In this document: positions 9,727-21,173 of the stretch, in pieces
How positions within the stretch are numbered: position 1 is the stretch's first letter
Layout: each line of letters starts with the position of its first letter
Assembly (NCBI GenBank): GCA_963761335.1
Contig: CAVXGR010000005.1
Coordinates: 256,001 to 320,000, forward strand
Direction: 5' to 3'
DNA from: an uncultured delta proteobacterium
GTDB taxonomy: Bacteria; Desulfobacterota; Binatia; HRBIN30; BPIQ01
Length of the DNA stretch: 64,000 nt
The notes under the pieces: model-generated
Database searches by the model: none
Told to the model about the DNA's origin: nothing
The model's input: only the letters and a program-made list of their open reading frames with translations
Program-made: the position numbers and the translations under genes

Positions 9727-9788
9727 GCTTCGAAAGTGTCGTGGGTGGGCCATCCGAGTGGCGTGGGGTCGTGGTCGCAAGCGCGGAG

Positions 9789-10253
9789 CTACCCGAGCGC
9801 GCCGGAAGCGAACTCCTCGGCGCTCAAGACCTGCACTCCGTAACGCAGCAGGGAGCCGAAGTGGCGCCGATTGTCCGTGACCACGACGCTGGCGCCGTTC
9901 GCTCGTGCGGTCTGGGCGATGTGAAGATCGTACGCGCGTCCTCCGCTGATCCGATCGGCAACGGCATCGTCGAGCAGGCGCAAGCGCTCCGAGACAGGCA
10001 GGTCGTACACCTCGAACCGCTTGAGGATCTCCTCACGGAGCAGGCCGGCGGCATCCGCTGGGGATAGACGCAGCTCCGCAGGCAGGCGAGTCGAGACCGA
10101 GTAGAACTCCAGGCAGCAGTGCCACGCGGTGGCGGGCTTTCTCACTCGTCCTTCGGCAATGGCTGTCATCACGCTTTGGGAGTGCACGGCTGCCGGGCCG
10201 ATGTCGATCAGGCCGGCCAGCAGGATCGTCGTATCGAAGAACACCGGCTTCAC
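9789..10253 (-). CDS. PIN-domain (VapC-like) toxin
   Basis: VFFDTTIL, LEFYSVSTR, YDLHIA and VVTDNRRHF carry the PIN acidic residues; GTGA overlap with the antitoxin. Confidence 0.88.
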   Translation of the reverse strand: MKPVFFDTTILLAGLIDIGPAAVHSQSVMTAIAEGRVRKPATAWHCCLEFYSVSTRLPAELRLSPADAAGLLREEILKRFEVYDLPVSERLRLLDDAVADRISGGRAYDLHIAQTARANGASVVVTDNRRHFGSLLRYGVQVLSAEEFASGALG

Positions 10254-10507
10254 CACGGCCATCGATCGCGCTCTTCTTCGACGAGCCGAGCGACATCGAT
10301 CTTTGGCAGTGACCTCGCGTCTACCGAGGGCTTGGCGACGAGCCGCTTTCCGACCCGCGTGAGCTTCGGGCCTGGGGCCGTGCGGCTCAGCCGAATGCTG
10401 GAGTCCTCGAGCACGACCTCGATCTCGGTCCCCGGCACGAGCCCGGCCCGCCGCCGGAGATCCGCGGGAATCACCACTCTTCCTGCCCGATCAATGGTAG
10501 TTTTCAT
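10250..10507 (-). CDS. AbrB/MazE/SpoVT-family antitoxin
   Basis: MKTTIDRAGRVVIPADLRRRAGLVPG signature; directly upstream of the PIN gene. Confidence 0.9.
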   Translation of the reverse strand: MKTTIDRAGRVVIPADLRRRAGLVPGTEIEVVLEDSSIRLSRTAPGPKLTRVGKRLVAKPSVDARSLPKIDVARLVEEERDRWPW

Positions 10508-10534
10508 GCCATTTGTATGGCATGGACTATCCCG

Positions 10535-13500
10535 TCAGACAACCGGCTCCGCGGAAGCGGGAGCCGTCGGCGCGCCGTGCGGCAGGTGCCAACCGCGCCA
10601 GACGAAGTAGATGGCGGGGTAGACGACCAGCTCCATGACGAACGAGGTGACGACGCCGCCGACCATGGGAACGGCGATGCGCTTCATGACGTCGGCGCCG
10701 GTGCCGTGGCTCCAGAGAATCGGCAGCAGGCCGGCGAGAATGACGGAGACGGTCATCGCCTTCGGGCGTACGCGCTGCACGGCGCCGTGGTAGATCGCCT
10801 CGCGCAGGTCGCCGAGGGTGCGCAGCATGCCCTTGCTCTGCCACTCATCGTGGGCGACGTTGAGATAGAGCAGCATGACCACGCCGGTCTCGGCGTCGAG
10901 GCCGGCGAGGGCGATCATCCCCACCCACACCGCAATGCTCATGTTGTAGCCGAGGAACCAGATCAGCCAGACGGCGCCGACCAGGCTGAAGGGCACGGCG
11001 AGCAGGACGATGAAGGTCTCGAGCAGGCTCTGGGTGTTCAGATAGATGATCAGCACGATGATCAGCAGGGTGATCGGCAGGATCACCAGCAGCCGCTGCT
11101 GGGCTCGCTGCATGTACTCGTACTGGCCGGACCAGGTGAGCGCGTAGCCGACCGGCAGAGTGATCTGGCCCTGGGCTTTCGCCTCGGCCACCGCCTTCTG
11201 GGCTCGCTCGACGTAGGTGCCGACGTCGATGCCGCGGATGTCGATGTAGATCCAGGTGTTCGGCCGGCTGTTCTCGCTCTTGATGCCCGGAGCTCCCTTG
11301 GCGATCTCCATGTGGACGAGCTGCCCGAGGGGAATGTGCTGTCCCATGGGCGTCGGCACCAGGATGTTGTCGAGCTCCTCCAGGTTGGAGCGCAGCTCGC
11401 GCGGGTAGCGCAGGTTGATCGGATAGCGCTCCAGGCCCTCGACCGTGGTGGCCACGTTCATGCCCCCGATGGCGCTGGCGATGACGTCCTGCACGTCGCC
11501 GAGGGTCAGACCGTAGCGGCCGATCTCCTCGCGGTCGATGGTGAAGTTGACGTAGTTGCCGCCGGCGACGCGCTCGGCGTAGGCGCTCAGGGTGTTCGGT
11601 ACGCGCCGCATCACGGCTTCGACCTCCTCGCCGACGCGCTGCAGCGTCGGCAGGTCGGGGCCGGAGATCTTGATGCCCACCGGGGTCTTGATGCCGGTGG
11701 AAAGCATGTCGATGCGCGTCTTGATCGGCATCGTCCAGGCGTTGGTCACCCCGGGGAACTGGACCGCCGCATTGAGGGCGTCGACCAGCTCGTCCGGCGT
11801 GCGGCGGCGGTGCGCGATCACCTGCCCGCCGGCGTCGGTGATGTCGACCGCCGGCCAGGTGTCCTCGTCGTTCAGCATCACCGTCGTCTCGATCATGCTC
11901 AGCGGCGCCGGGTCGGTGGCGGTGTCGGCGCGGCCGATCTTGCCGAAGACGTGATGCACCTCGGGGAAGCGCTTGATGATCCGGTCCGTCTGCTGCAACA
12001 GCTCGCGCGCCTTGGTGATGGAGATGCCCGGCAGGGTCGTTGGCATGTACAGGAAGTCGCCCTCGTAGAGAGGCGGCATGAACTCCGACCCCAGCCGGCT
12101 GTAGGGCCACCAGGTGGCCGCTACGGTGAGCGCCGCGGCGCCGATGATGCCCCAGCACAGGGCGCGGTGGCGCAGGATGAACTCGATCACCGGATGGTAC
12201 ACGGCGATGAGCAGACGGTTCAGCGGATTGCGGTGCTCCGGCACGATGCGGCCGCGGACGAAGTAGCCCATGAGCACCGGGGCCAGGGTGATCGACAGGA
12301 AAGCGGCAGCGGCCATGGAGTACGTCTTGGTGAAGGCCAGCGGCTTGAAGAGGCGCCCCTCCTGCGCCTGCAGGGTGAACACCGGAACGAAGCTCACGGT
12401 GATCACCAGCAGGGAGTAGAAGAGCGTCGGGCCGACCTCGATGGAGGCGTCGCGGATGATCTCCCAGTGCGGCTTGCGGCCGGCGTCGCGCTCGACGTGC
12501 TTGTGGGCATTCTCGACCATGATGATGACCGCGTCGACCATCGCCCCGATGGCGATGGCGATGCCGCCGAGGCTCATGATGTTGGCGCCGATGCCCTGCG
12601 CGTACATGACGATGAAGGCCATCAGCACCGCCATTGGCAGGGTGACGATCGCCACCAAGGCGCTGCGAAAGTGGAAGAGGAAGAGGACGCAGACCACCGA
12701 CACCGCCAGCGACTCCTCCAGCAGCTTCTCGCGCAGGGTGTGGATGGAGCGATCGATGAGCGAGGAGCGGTCGTAGGCGACGTGGATCTGCACGTCGGGC
12801 GGCAGGCCCGCCTTCAGCTCCGCCAGCTTCGCCTTGACGCGACTGATGACGTCGCGGGCGTTGGCGCCGTAGCGCACCACGATGATGCCCCCGACCGTCT
12901 CCCCGGTGCCGTTCCACTCGGCGATGCCGCGCCGCATCTCCGGGCCGATGGACACCGTGCCGAGGTCGCGCAGCAGGATGGGTGTGCCGTCGGCGCGGGC
13001 GCCCACCGCCGCCTCCTCGAGCTCGCGCGGGTCGGTGATGTAGCCCTTGACGCGCAGGATGTACTCGGTCTCCGACATCTCCATGACGCGGCCGCCGACC
13101 TCGCCATTGGATCGCTGAATCGCCTGCCGCACCTTGCCCAGCGGGATGTCATAGGCGCGCAGCTTCTCGGGATCGACGGTGACCTGATACTGCTTGACGA
13201 AGCCGCCCACGCTGGCGACCTCGGAGACGCCCTCGGTCGCGGTGAGCTCGTACTTCAGGTACCAGTCCTGGATGCTGCGCAGCTGCTGGAGGTCGCGGCT
13301 GGGGCTGGTGAGGCTGTATATGAAGGCCCAGCCGACGCCGGTGGCATCGGGCCCGAGCGTCGGCGTCACCCCGCGCGGCAGCTGCCCCTGGAGCTGGCTC
13401 AGATACTCGAGCACCCGGCTGCGCGCCCAGTAGAGGTCGGTGCCGTCCTCGAAGATCACGTAGACGAAGGAGAAGTTGAAGAAGCTGTAGCCGCGCACCA

Positions 13501-13741
13501 CCTTGGCGTAGGGCACCGACAGCATCTTGGTGGTGATCGGGTAGGTGATCTGGTCCTCGATGATGCGCGGTGCCTGGCCGGGATACTCGGTGAAGACGAT
13601 CACCTGGACATCGGACAGATCGGGGATGGCGTCGAGCGGCATGCGCGGGAGCACGTAGACGCCACCGAGGACGATGAACAGCGCCAGCAGGAGAACGATG
13701 AACTTGTTCTCCAGCGAGAAGCGGATGATGCGGGCGATCAT
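10535..13741 (-). CDS. cusA: CusA-family heavy-metal RND permease (copy 2)
   Basis: LDAIPDLSDVQVIVFTEYPG and GPDATGVGW; Met-triad equivalents LYMPT, APLSMIET, IDMLSTG. Confidence 0.95.
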   Translation of the reverse strand: MIARIIRFSLENKFIVLLLALFIVLGGVYVLPRMPLDAIPDLSDVQVIVFTEYPGQAPRIIEDQITYPITTKMLSVPYAKVVRGYSFFNFSFVYVIFEDGTDLYWARSRVLEYLSQLQGQLPRGVTPTLGPDATGVGWAFIYSLTSPSRDLQQLRSIQDWYLKYELTATEGVSEVASVGGFVKQYQVTVDPEKLRAYDIPLGKVRQAIQRSNGEVGGRVMEMSETEYILRVKGYITDPRELEEAAVGARADGTPILLRDLGTVSIGPEMRRGIAEWNGTGETVGGIIVVRYGANARDVISRVKAKLAELKAGLPPDVQIHVAYDRSSLIDRSIHTLREKLLEESLAVSVVCVLFLFHFRSALVAIVTLPMAVLMAFIVMYAQGIGANIMSLGGIAIAIGAMVDAVIIMVENAHKHVERDAGRKPHWEIIRDASIEVGPTLFYSLLVITVSFVPVFTLQAQEGRLFKPLAFTKTYSMAAAAFLSITLAPVLMGYFVRGRIVPEHRNPLNRLLIAVYHPVIEFILRHRALCWGIIGAAALTVAATWWPYSRLGSEFMPPLYEGDFLYMPTTLPGISITKARELLQQTDRIIKRFPEVHHVFGKIGRADTATDPAPLSMIETTVMLNDEDTWPAVDITDAGGQVIAHRRRTPDELVDALNAAVQFPGVTNAWTMPIKTRIDMLSTGIKTPVGIKISGPDLPTLQRVGEEVEAVMRRVPNTLSAYAERVAGGNYVNFTIDREEIGRYGLTLGDVQDVIASAIGGMNVATTVEGLERYPINLRYPRELRSNLEELDNILVPTPMGQHIPLGQLVHMEIAKGAPGIKSENSRPNTWIYIDIRGIDVGTYVERAQKAVAEAKAQGQITLPVGYALTWSGQYEYMQRAQQRLLVILPITLLIIVLIIYLNTQSLLETFIVLLAVPFSLVGAVWLIWFLGYNMSIAVWVGMIALAGLDAETGVVMLLYLNVAHDEWQSKGMLRTLGDLREAIYHGAVQRVRPKAMTVSVILAGLLPILWSHGTGADVMKRIAVPMVGGVVTSFVMELVVYPAIYFVWRGWHLPHGAPTAPASAEPVV

Positions 13742-13746
13742 CGCGC

Positions 13747-15528
13747 CTACTCCCGGCCACCCGCCGCCGGCGTCTTCTCGACCTGCGACTCCGGCACCGG
13801 GATGAGCGACATGCCGCAGATCGGGCACTTGCCCGGCCCGGGGCGGTGCACGGACGAGTGCTCCGGCATCGGGCAGGTCCAGTAGGCGATCTTCGGCTTC
13901 TCGACGTGTCCGCCGCGCTTACGGACCGGCACCAGCTGCATGCCGCAGATCGGGCACCTGCCCGGCTTGTCGTAGAGAATGTCGGAGTGCTCCGGCATCG
14001 GGCACACGTAGAAGAGCTCCCCCTCGCCGGGCGGAGGCGCTGCGGCGCCGCTCTGGCGGGTGGCGTCCTTGATCGGCTGGGCGCCGCCGACGGTTCCGGG
14101 CTCCATGAACTTCACCGCGGCCTCCCGCAGGCGACTCTCGGAATCGAGGAGGAACTGCCCGGAGATCACCACCGTCTCGCCCGGCGAGAGGCCGGAGAGC
14201 ACCTGCAGGTAATTGTTGTCGTCGCGCGCCCCGATCTTCAGCTCGCGGGGCTCGAAGTGGCCGGGGCGTGGCATGACGAAGGCGACGGCGCGCATGCCGG
14301 TGCGGATGACCGCCATGTCCGGAACCATGGTTGCCTCGGCGGCGACCTGGCTCACCAGCGACACGGTGGCATACATGCCGGGCTTCAGCTCGTATCCGGG
14401 ATTGTGGAACTCCATGCGCACCGGCACAGTGCGCGTTTTGGCTTCGAGATACGGGTAGACGTAGGTAACGCGCCCGCGGAAGGTCCGGCCCGGCAGGTAG
14501 GTGAGCGTCATCAGAGCTTCCTGTCCGAGCTTCACGTAGGGGGCGTCGGACTCGTACACCTGGGCGATCACCCAGACGTTGGAGATGTCGGCGAGCTTGA
14601 AGACGTCGGTGCCGGCGGCGATCTTCTGTCCCTCGACGACGTTCTTCTGGGTGACGATGCCGGTGAAGGGCGCGCGGATGGAGAGCGTCTTCGTCACCTC
14701 GCCGCTCTTCTTCAGCTGCGCGATCTGCTCGGGGGAGATGTCGAAGAACTCCAGCCGCGTGCGCGCGTCGCGCACCAGCGCTTGCGAGTCGATGCGCGAT
14801 CGGGGAATCAGTGGCAGGTCCGCCGTCTGCTCGTTGCGCAGCGCCGCGACGTATTCCTGCTGGGCCGAGAACAGCTCCGGCGAGTACAGGTCGAACAGCG
14901 GATCGCCCTTGTGCACCTGCTGGCCGGTCTGATCCACGTAGAGCTTCTCGATCCAGCCGCCCACCTTGGTGGCGACCGCCGCCAGCGTGGTCTCGTCATA
15001 GGCGACGTTGCCGAGGGTGCGGATGCTCTTGTTGAGTGGCGCGCGGATCACCTTGTCGACGCGCACGCCCATGTTCTGCTCGATCACCGGGTCAATGCGG
15101 ATGGTTCCGGCAGAGGCTTCGTCGGCGTACACGGGGACGAGGTCCATCCCCATCGAGTCCTTGCCCGGCTCGCTGTGGGTCTCCCCGGGAATCATCGACG
15201 ATTTCCAGTAGAGGGTCTTGCGCTCCGGGGCTGCGGCTTCCGTCCGTTTGATCGGTGGTGACGCCGCCGGCTGGCTGAGACCCATGGCGGCGGCGCGGTC
15301 CGCGGCCATGGGTTGCAGCTTCATGCCGCACTTCGGGCAGTCGCCGGGATGGTCCTGGACCACCTCCGGGTGCATGCCGCAGGTGTACCAGGTCCTGGCG
15401 CTCTGCGGCGCCGCGCTCGCGTCGACGACGCTCTCCTGGTGCTGCCGCTGCATCCACAGCCAGGCGCTGCCGGCGCCGGCGGCGAAGACGATACCGGTGA
15501 GGGCGATGAGGGAAATGGCGCGCTTCAT
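13747..15528 (-). CDS. cusB: CusB-family adaptor with multiple metal-binding modules
   Basis: YTCGMHP..CPKCGM; YWKSSM..DSMGMDLVP; two C-terminal CPMPEH..CPICGM modules; MFP core LKPGMY, SGQFLLDSESRL. Confidence 0.9.
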   Translation of the reverse strand: MKRAISLIALTGIVFAAGAGSAWLWMQRQHQESVVDASAAPQSARTWYTCGMHPEVVQDHPGDCPKCGMKLQPMAADRAAAMGLSQPAASPPIKRTEAAAPERKTLYWKSSMIPGETHSEPGKDSMGMDLVPVYADEASAGTIRIDPVIEQNMGVRVDKVIRAPLNKSIRTLGNVAYDETTLAAVATKVGGWIEKLYVDQTGQQVHKGDPLFDLYSPELFSAQQEYVAALRNEQTADLPLIPRSRIDSQALVRDARTRLEFFDISPEQIAQLKKSGEVTKTLSIRAPFTGIVTQKNVVEGQKIAAGTDVFKLADISNVWVIAQVYESDAPYVKLGQEALMTLTYLPGRTFRGRVTYVYPYLEAKTRTVPVRMEFHNPGYELKPGMYATVSLVSQVAAEATMVPDMAVIRTGMRAVAFVMPRPGHFEPRELKIGARDDNNYLQVLSGLSPGETVVISGQFLLDSESRLREAAVKFMEPGTVGGAQPIKDATRQSGAAAPPPGEGELFYVCPMPEHSDILYDKPGRCPICGMQLVPVRKRGGHVEKPKIAYWTCPMPEHSSVHRPGPGKCPICGMSLIPVPESQVEKTPAAGGRE

Positions 15529-16988
15529 GATCTGTTGCTCCCATTCGTCGATTCGGTTGGGGCGGGGGCCGTCGCCGGCTCGAGGTCGGCGCGCCGCGGC
15601 ACCTGCACGCCGATCAGCTGGCGCAGGTCGGCGAAGCGCTGCTCCAGCTCCGCCAGGGCGCGGTGGTAGGAGAGCGTGAGGTTGAGCCACTTGCGCCAGT
15701 TCTCGATCAGCGCTGTGAACTCGATGGCATTTGCCTGGTAAGCGGAGTTGGAGGCCTCGATCGCCTGCCAGGCGCGCGGCACGATGAGATCGCGGAACAG
15801 AAGCGCCTGGCGGTACTGCGTGTCGATCTTTACCAGCGTGTCCTGGAGCTGGAGGAAGATCTGGTTGCGCAGCTCGTCGTACTCCTCGACCGAGGCGAGC
15901 GTCTGCGCGTTGCCCTCGAGGACGCGGGCCCGCAGTCGCTTCCACCAGATCGGCAGGTTCAGGCCCAGCGATAGATTCCAGGCGTCGTCGCCGGTGCGCA
16001 CCGGGCTGATGCCCGAGCTGGAGATGGCCGTGTACGTCGTGCCCAGGGTCAGATCCGGATAGTAGTTGAGATGCGCCAGATCGACGGCCTCGAGGTCGCG
16101 CCGGATCTGGGCCCGCAGTCGCTCCAGGCGCGGGTTCGAGGTGACGGCCCGGTCGATTGCCTGCGGCAGCTTCCACTCCACGGCGGCCAGCTCGAAGGGG
16201 CGGGGCGGGGGCAGCGGCGCGTCCACCGGTCGATTCATCAGGCTGTCGAGCTGCGCCTGGGCCGTGGTGCGTTGCTGCTCGAGGGTGATGAGGTCGTTGG
16301 CCAGCCCGTAGAGCTCGACCTCGGCGCGCAACACGTCCTGCTGCGTCGCCTGACCCGTGCGGTAGCGGGCGGCGGCGACCTCGCGGATCTGGCCGAGGAG
16401 CCTCTCACTCTCGCGGGTGATCTGGATGGAGACCTCGGCGAGGTAGTAGCTGTAGTAGGCCCTCTGCACCTGACCGACGGTCGAGACCCGCGCCTCGTCA
16501 ATGCCGTCCAGAGCCATGCGCACCGCCTGCTCGGCGACGCGCCCGCGGGCCGCCAGCTTGCCGGGGAAGGGCAGCTTCTGCGACACGCCCACGGAGCCGG
16601 CCATCATTCCGGCGGCGGTCTCGATCATGTCGCCGGTGGGCGGGATCAGGGTCAGCATCGGATCGTCGAGCGAGGTCATCTGCGGGACCTGGTATCCGAG
16701 AACCTGGGCCTGGCGGACGGCGCGGCGAATCGCGGGATTCTCGGCGAGGGCGACGCGGACGTAGTCGTCCAGCCCGGCGCCCGAAGGCAGGGGCTCGACA
16801 GGCGGAGGCGCCCCGGCGTGCAGGCTCTGCGCCGCCGTATCGACGACGGCCTGATCGTCTTCGACGGCCGGCTGCAGCGGCGCCGCTTCGGCGGCGACGC
16901 GTCGCTGCAGTTTGCCGTCTACCGCGGCGCAGCCGGTGACCGCCAGCAGCGCCAGCAGGGCGATGAAATGTATCGGTTGTGGCTTCAC
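15525..16988 (-). CDS. TolC/CusC-family outer membrane efflux lipoprotein (copy 2)
   Basis: Lipobox VTGC; LDDPML, SQKLPFPGKL, NLPIW; ATGA overlap with the adaptor. Confidence 0.9.
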   Translation of the reverse strand: MKPQPIHFIALLALLAVTGCAAVDGKLQRRVAAEAAPLQPAVEDDQAVVDTAAQSLHAGAPPPVEPLPSGAGLDDYVRVALAENPAIRRAVRQAQVLGYQVPQMTSLDDPMLTLIPPTGDMIETAAGMMAGSVGVSQKLPFPGKLAARGRVAEQAVRMALDGIDEARVSTVGQVQRAYYSYYLAEVSIQITRESERLLGQIREVAAARYRTGQATQQDVLRAEVELYGLANDLITLEQQRTTAQAQLDSLMNRPVDAPLPPPRPFELAAVEWKLPQAIDRAVTSNPRLERLRAQIRRDLEAVDLAHLNYYPDLTLGTTYTAISSSGISPVRTGDDAWNLSLGLNLPIWWKRLRARVLEGNAQTLASVEEYDELRNQIFLQLQDTLVKIDTQYRQALLFRDLIVPRAWQAIEASNSAYQANAIEFTALIENWRKWLNLTLSYHRALAELEQRFADLRQLIGVQVPRRADLEPATAPAPTESTNGSNRS

Positions 16989-17173
16989 GACTCCTCCAGC
17001 TCGGTTTCCTGCTTTGCACGTCTCCGACGTAGGGGCGGGTTTGCCCAGCCAGGCGATGTGCCAGCGTTGCCCCCCGCCGCCGCGAAAAGGCGCGGCGGAA
17101 AAGACGAGGCGCGCGCGAGCGACGGCTGCGAGTGCAGCCGTTCAGCGCGGTCCCGGCGAAGCGGCTGGAGGAA

Positions 17174-17558
17174 TCAGATCAGGAGTGTGGAAAGGGCGAG
17201 ATAGCGGGGCGGGTCGTGGGAGGTGCGGGCGACTGGTGCCGGCAGTACGAACGGCGCAAATGGCGCGAGCCCGGTGGCGAGCGCCGGCGCCGGGTGCGCC
17301 GGCGGAGCGGCGATCGCGTTGCCGTTGCTGCTGGTGACGGTGCGCACGAAGCACTTTCCCGCCTGACAGCAGGCGTGCCCGGCCGGCATCGGCGCCCGCG
17401 CCGGCGCCTTCATCGGCATCCCCGCCTCGGGCGGCCATGGCGCAGCCCTGGTGGCTGGCGGGCCCATCGGCGCAGCGCAGCAGCCCGTAGGGCACCCAGG
17501 CCAGACTCAGGAGCAGAGCGGTCGCGGGGAAGAGATAGCTTCTGACGAGTCGGGCCAT
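17174..17558 (-). CDS. Exported Cys-rich leader protein upstream of Cus operon 2, apparently with a +1 frameshift near 17430
   Basis: MARLVRSYLFPATALLLSLAWVPYGLLRC...GCAMAA in one frame joins EAGMPMK...HACCQAGKC...HDPPRYLALSTLLI in another. Span is 385 bp = 128 codons + 1; extra C in GCCGCCCGAG. Confidence 0.6.
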
Positions 17559-17577
17559 GTCGCGGAACCGTTGGTGA

Positions 17578-17593
17578 TGCAGGGAGTGTGCCA
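17578..17593 (-). promoter_or_regulatory. Putative sigma54 -24/-12 promoter of Cus operon 2
   Basis: Minus-strand TGGCACACTCCCTGCA (GG-N10-GC), 20 bp upstream of ATG 17558. Confidence 0.65.
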
Positions 17594-17952
17594 CTTTTTT
17601 CGGCGTTCGTAAACCTGGCTCAGCCAGGCGAGCCTTATTGACAGTGACAGAGACGTGTCCGCAACATTTCCGAATGGCGCGCTTTTGAGACTCCATAAAG
17701 CAACCGGCGTCAGACGGCCTCGGGACAGATTCGCGACCAGCACTCGCCGAGGAACGCATCGCCCAAGGCGCTCATTCTGCGGCTTGGGCCTGCCGGCTGC
17801 GCACGATCCCTCGCACCTCTGATAGCGCACGCCATCCGTCAACGTCGAACGCCCTGCATGTCAGAAGGATGCTGCAGCAGATCGGCAGAGCCGACAACGC
17901 ATAGGGCCCTGCCTCTTTCCTAACGGAAGGATTGTGGCTATATACCCCGGCC

Positions 17953-18303
17953 ATGCGCGTCCGCCTGGGCTTTTTCTTGCTAGCCTGTATGGGCTGGTGT
18001 CTCTGCGCGCCCATGGCGGCGATCGCCGCGCAGCCGCCGGGGACGCGGTCTGCAGCGATCGCTGCAGAGGGCGAGCCGCAGAACATCGCCTGGGCCCCGC
18101 GTACCACCTTTCAGGATCTGGTTCGTTCTCCCGACGAGCATCCGCGCCGCATGGCGCGGGTCGTGGCGGAGCGGCGAACCGGGACAGCCCCCGTGGAGCC
18201 GCATGGCGGTATCCGCGTCGCTGCCCTTCACCGGAGTTTCTATCCGGCGCGCCGCTGCGTGCAACGGCTGGTGCGCTCGGATGAAAACGACCCACCCGCC
18301 TGA
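17953..18303 (+). CDS. Hypothetical secreted protein ending in DPPA
   Basis: Signal-peptide-like MRVRLGFFLLACMGWCLCAPMAAIAA; no recognised domain. Confidence 0.35.
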   Translation: MRVRLGFFLLACMGWCLCAPMAAIAAQPPGTRSAAIAAEGEPQNIAWAPRTTFQDLVRSPDEHPRRMARVVAERRTGTAPVEPHGGIRVAALHRSFYPARRCVQRLVRSDENDPPA

Positions 18304-18450
18304 TCTTCGGCGTTTCTCACCTCGAGGTAGGACAGAGGAAATGACGCACCAGACGTGTGCGCCGAGAGACGATGCGGCGCCTGCCCCGGCAGGGCTGCAC
18401 CAACCGAGGTTCAGGAGAGTGACAGATGTCCACTCATGTGGGTGCGGATC

Positions 18451-18585
18451 ATGGATGAACAGAAACCATCGCCGGAGCCGGGGCAGCCCGAGCCCAGCGG
18501 GTCTGTGCTTCTGGCGCGGACCCTGTTCTTCTTGATCATCTTGCCGGCCATCGTGATCTATCTCGTGAAGCTGTTCACGGGTTGA
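18451..18585 (+). CDS. Small single-TM protein (44 aa)
   Basis: MDEQKPSPEPGQPEPSGSVLLARTLFFLIILPAIVIYLVKLFTG; followed by a GC-rich hairpin at about 18597-18618. Confidence 0.5.
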   Translation: MDEQKPSPEPGQPEPSGSVLLARTLFFLIILPAIVIYLVKLFTG

Positions 18586-18672
18586 AGCGGCTTCGAGGCG
18601 GGCGCTCAGGCGCCCGCCCCGGGTCTTTGACGGATTCAGAGGCAAAATAAATCAATCGCAGAGGGATGGTTC

Positions 18673-20832
<2,160 letters not shown>

Positions 20833-20873
20833 GCGGCGGTGCGGGTCGCGAGCACCGCAGTGCCGCCGCCGAA

Positions 20874-20955
20874 GGTTGTTAGGTGGTTGCGTTGTTGGTT
20901 GTTGGTAAGAAGGGGGGACTGACCTAACAACCTAACAACGTAGCAGCCAACAACC
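20874..20955. repeat. Degenerate inverted octamer repeat (GTTGTTAG / CTAACAAC)
   Basis: ggttgttaggtggttgcgttgttggttgttggt ... acctaacaacctaacaac...ccaacaacc; same family as 27901-28138. Confidence 0.75.
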
Positions 20956-21173
20956 CGCCCGCAGCAAATGGGAATCCCGTTGGGCAAAGCCACCCGTTCT
21001 TGGTGTTCTCGTGGCTCTGCGCCGCGGCGCCGCCTCCTTCGCGCCTCGCCATTGCCGACCGCGGCTTGCCGGAAGCTCAGGAGTCGGGTAGCGATTTCAT
21101 TACTTTGCGGCTGAACCCGATCACCCTGATCCTGTCCTTCTCACGTCCGAGAGAAGGGGCGCGTAGCCGATGC

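Noticed and set aside
1422..16176. Long antisense or alternate-frame ORFs (e.g. 1645..4719, 10517..13885, 10845..12917)
   Set aside because: Shadow ORFs of high-GC genes: Arg/Gly/Ala-rich, no motifs, overlapping clear CDSs.
18341..18535. ORF with a plausible RBS (GAGGAAATG) upstream of hppA
   Set aside because: The product has no recognisable features and overlaps the more protein-like 44-aa TM ORF.
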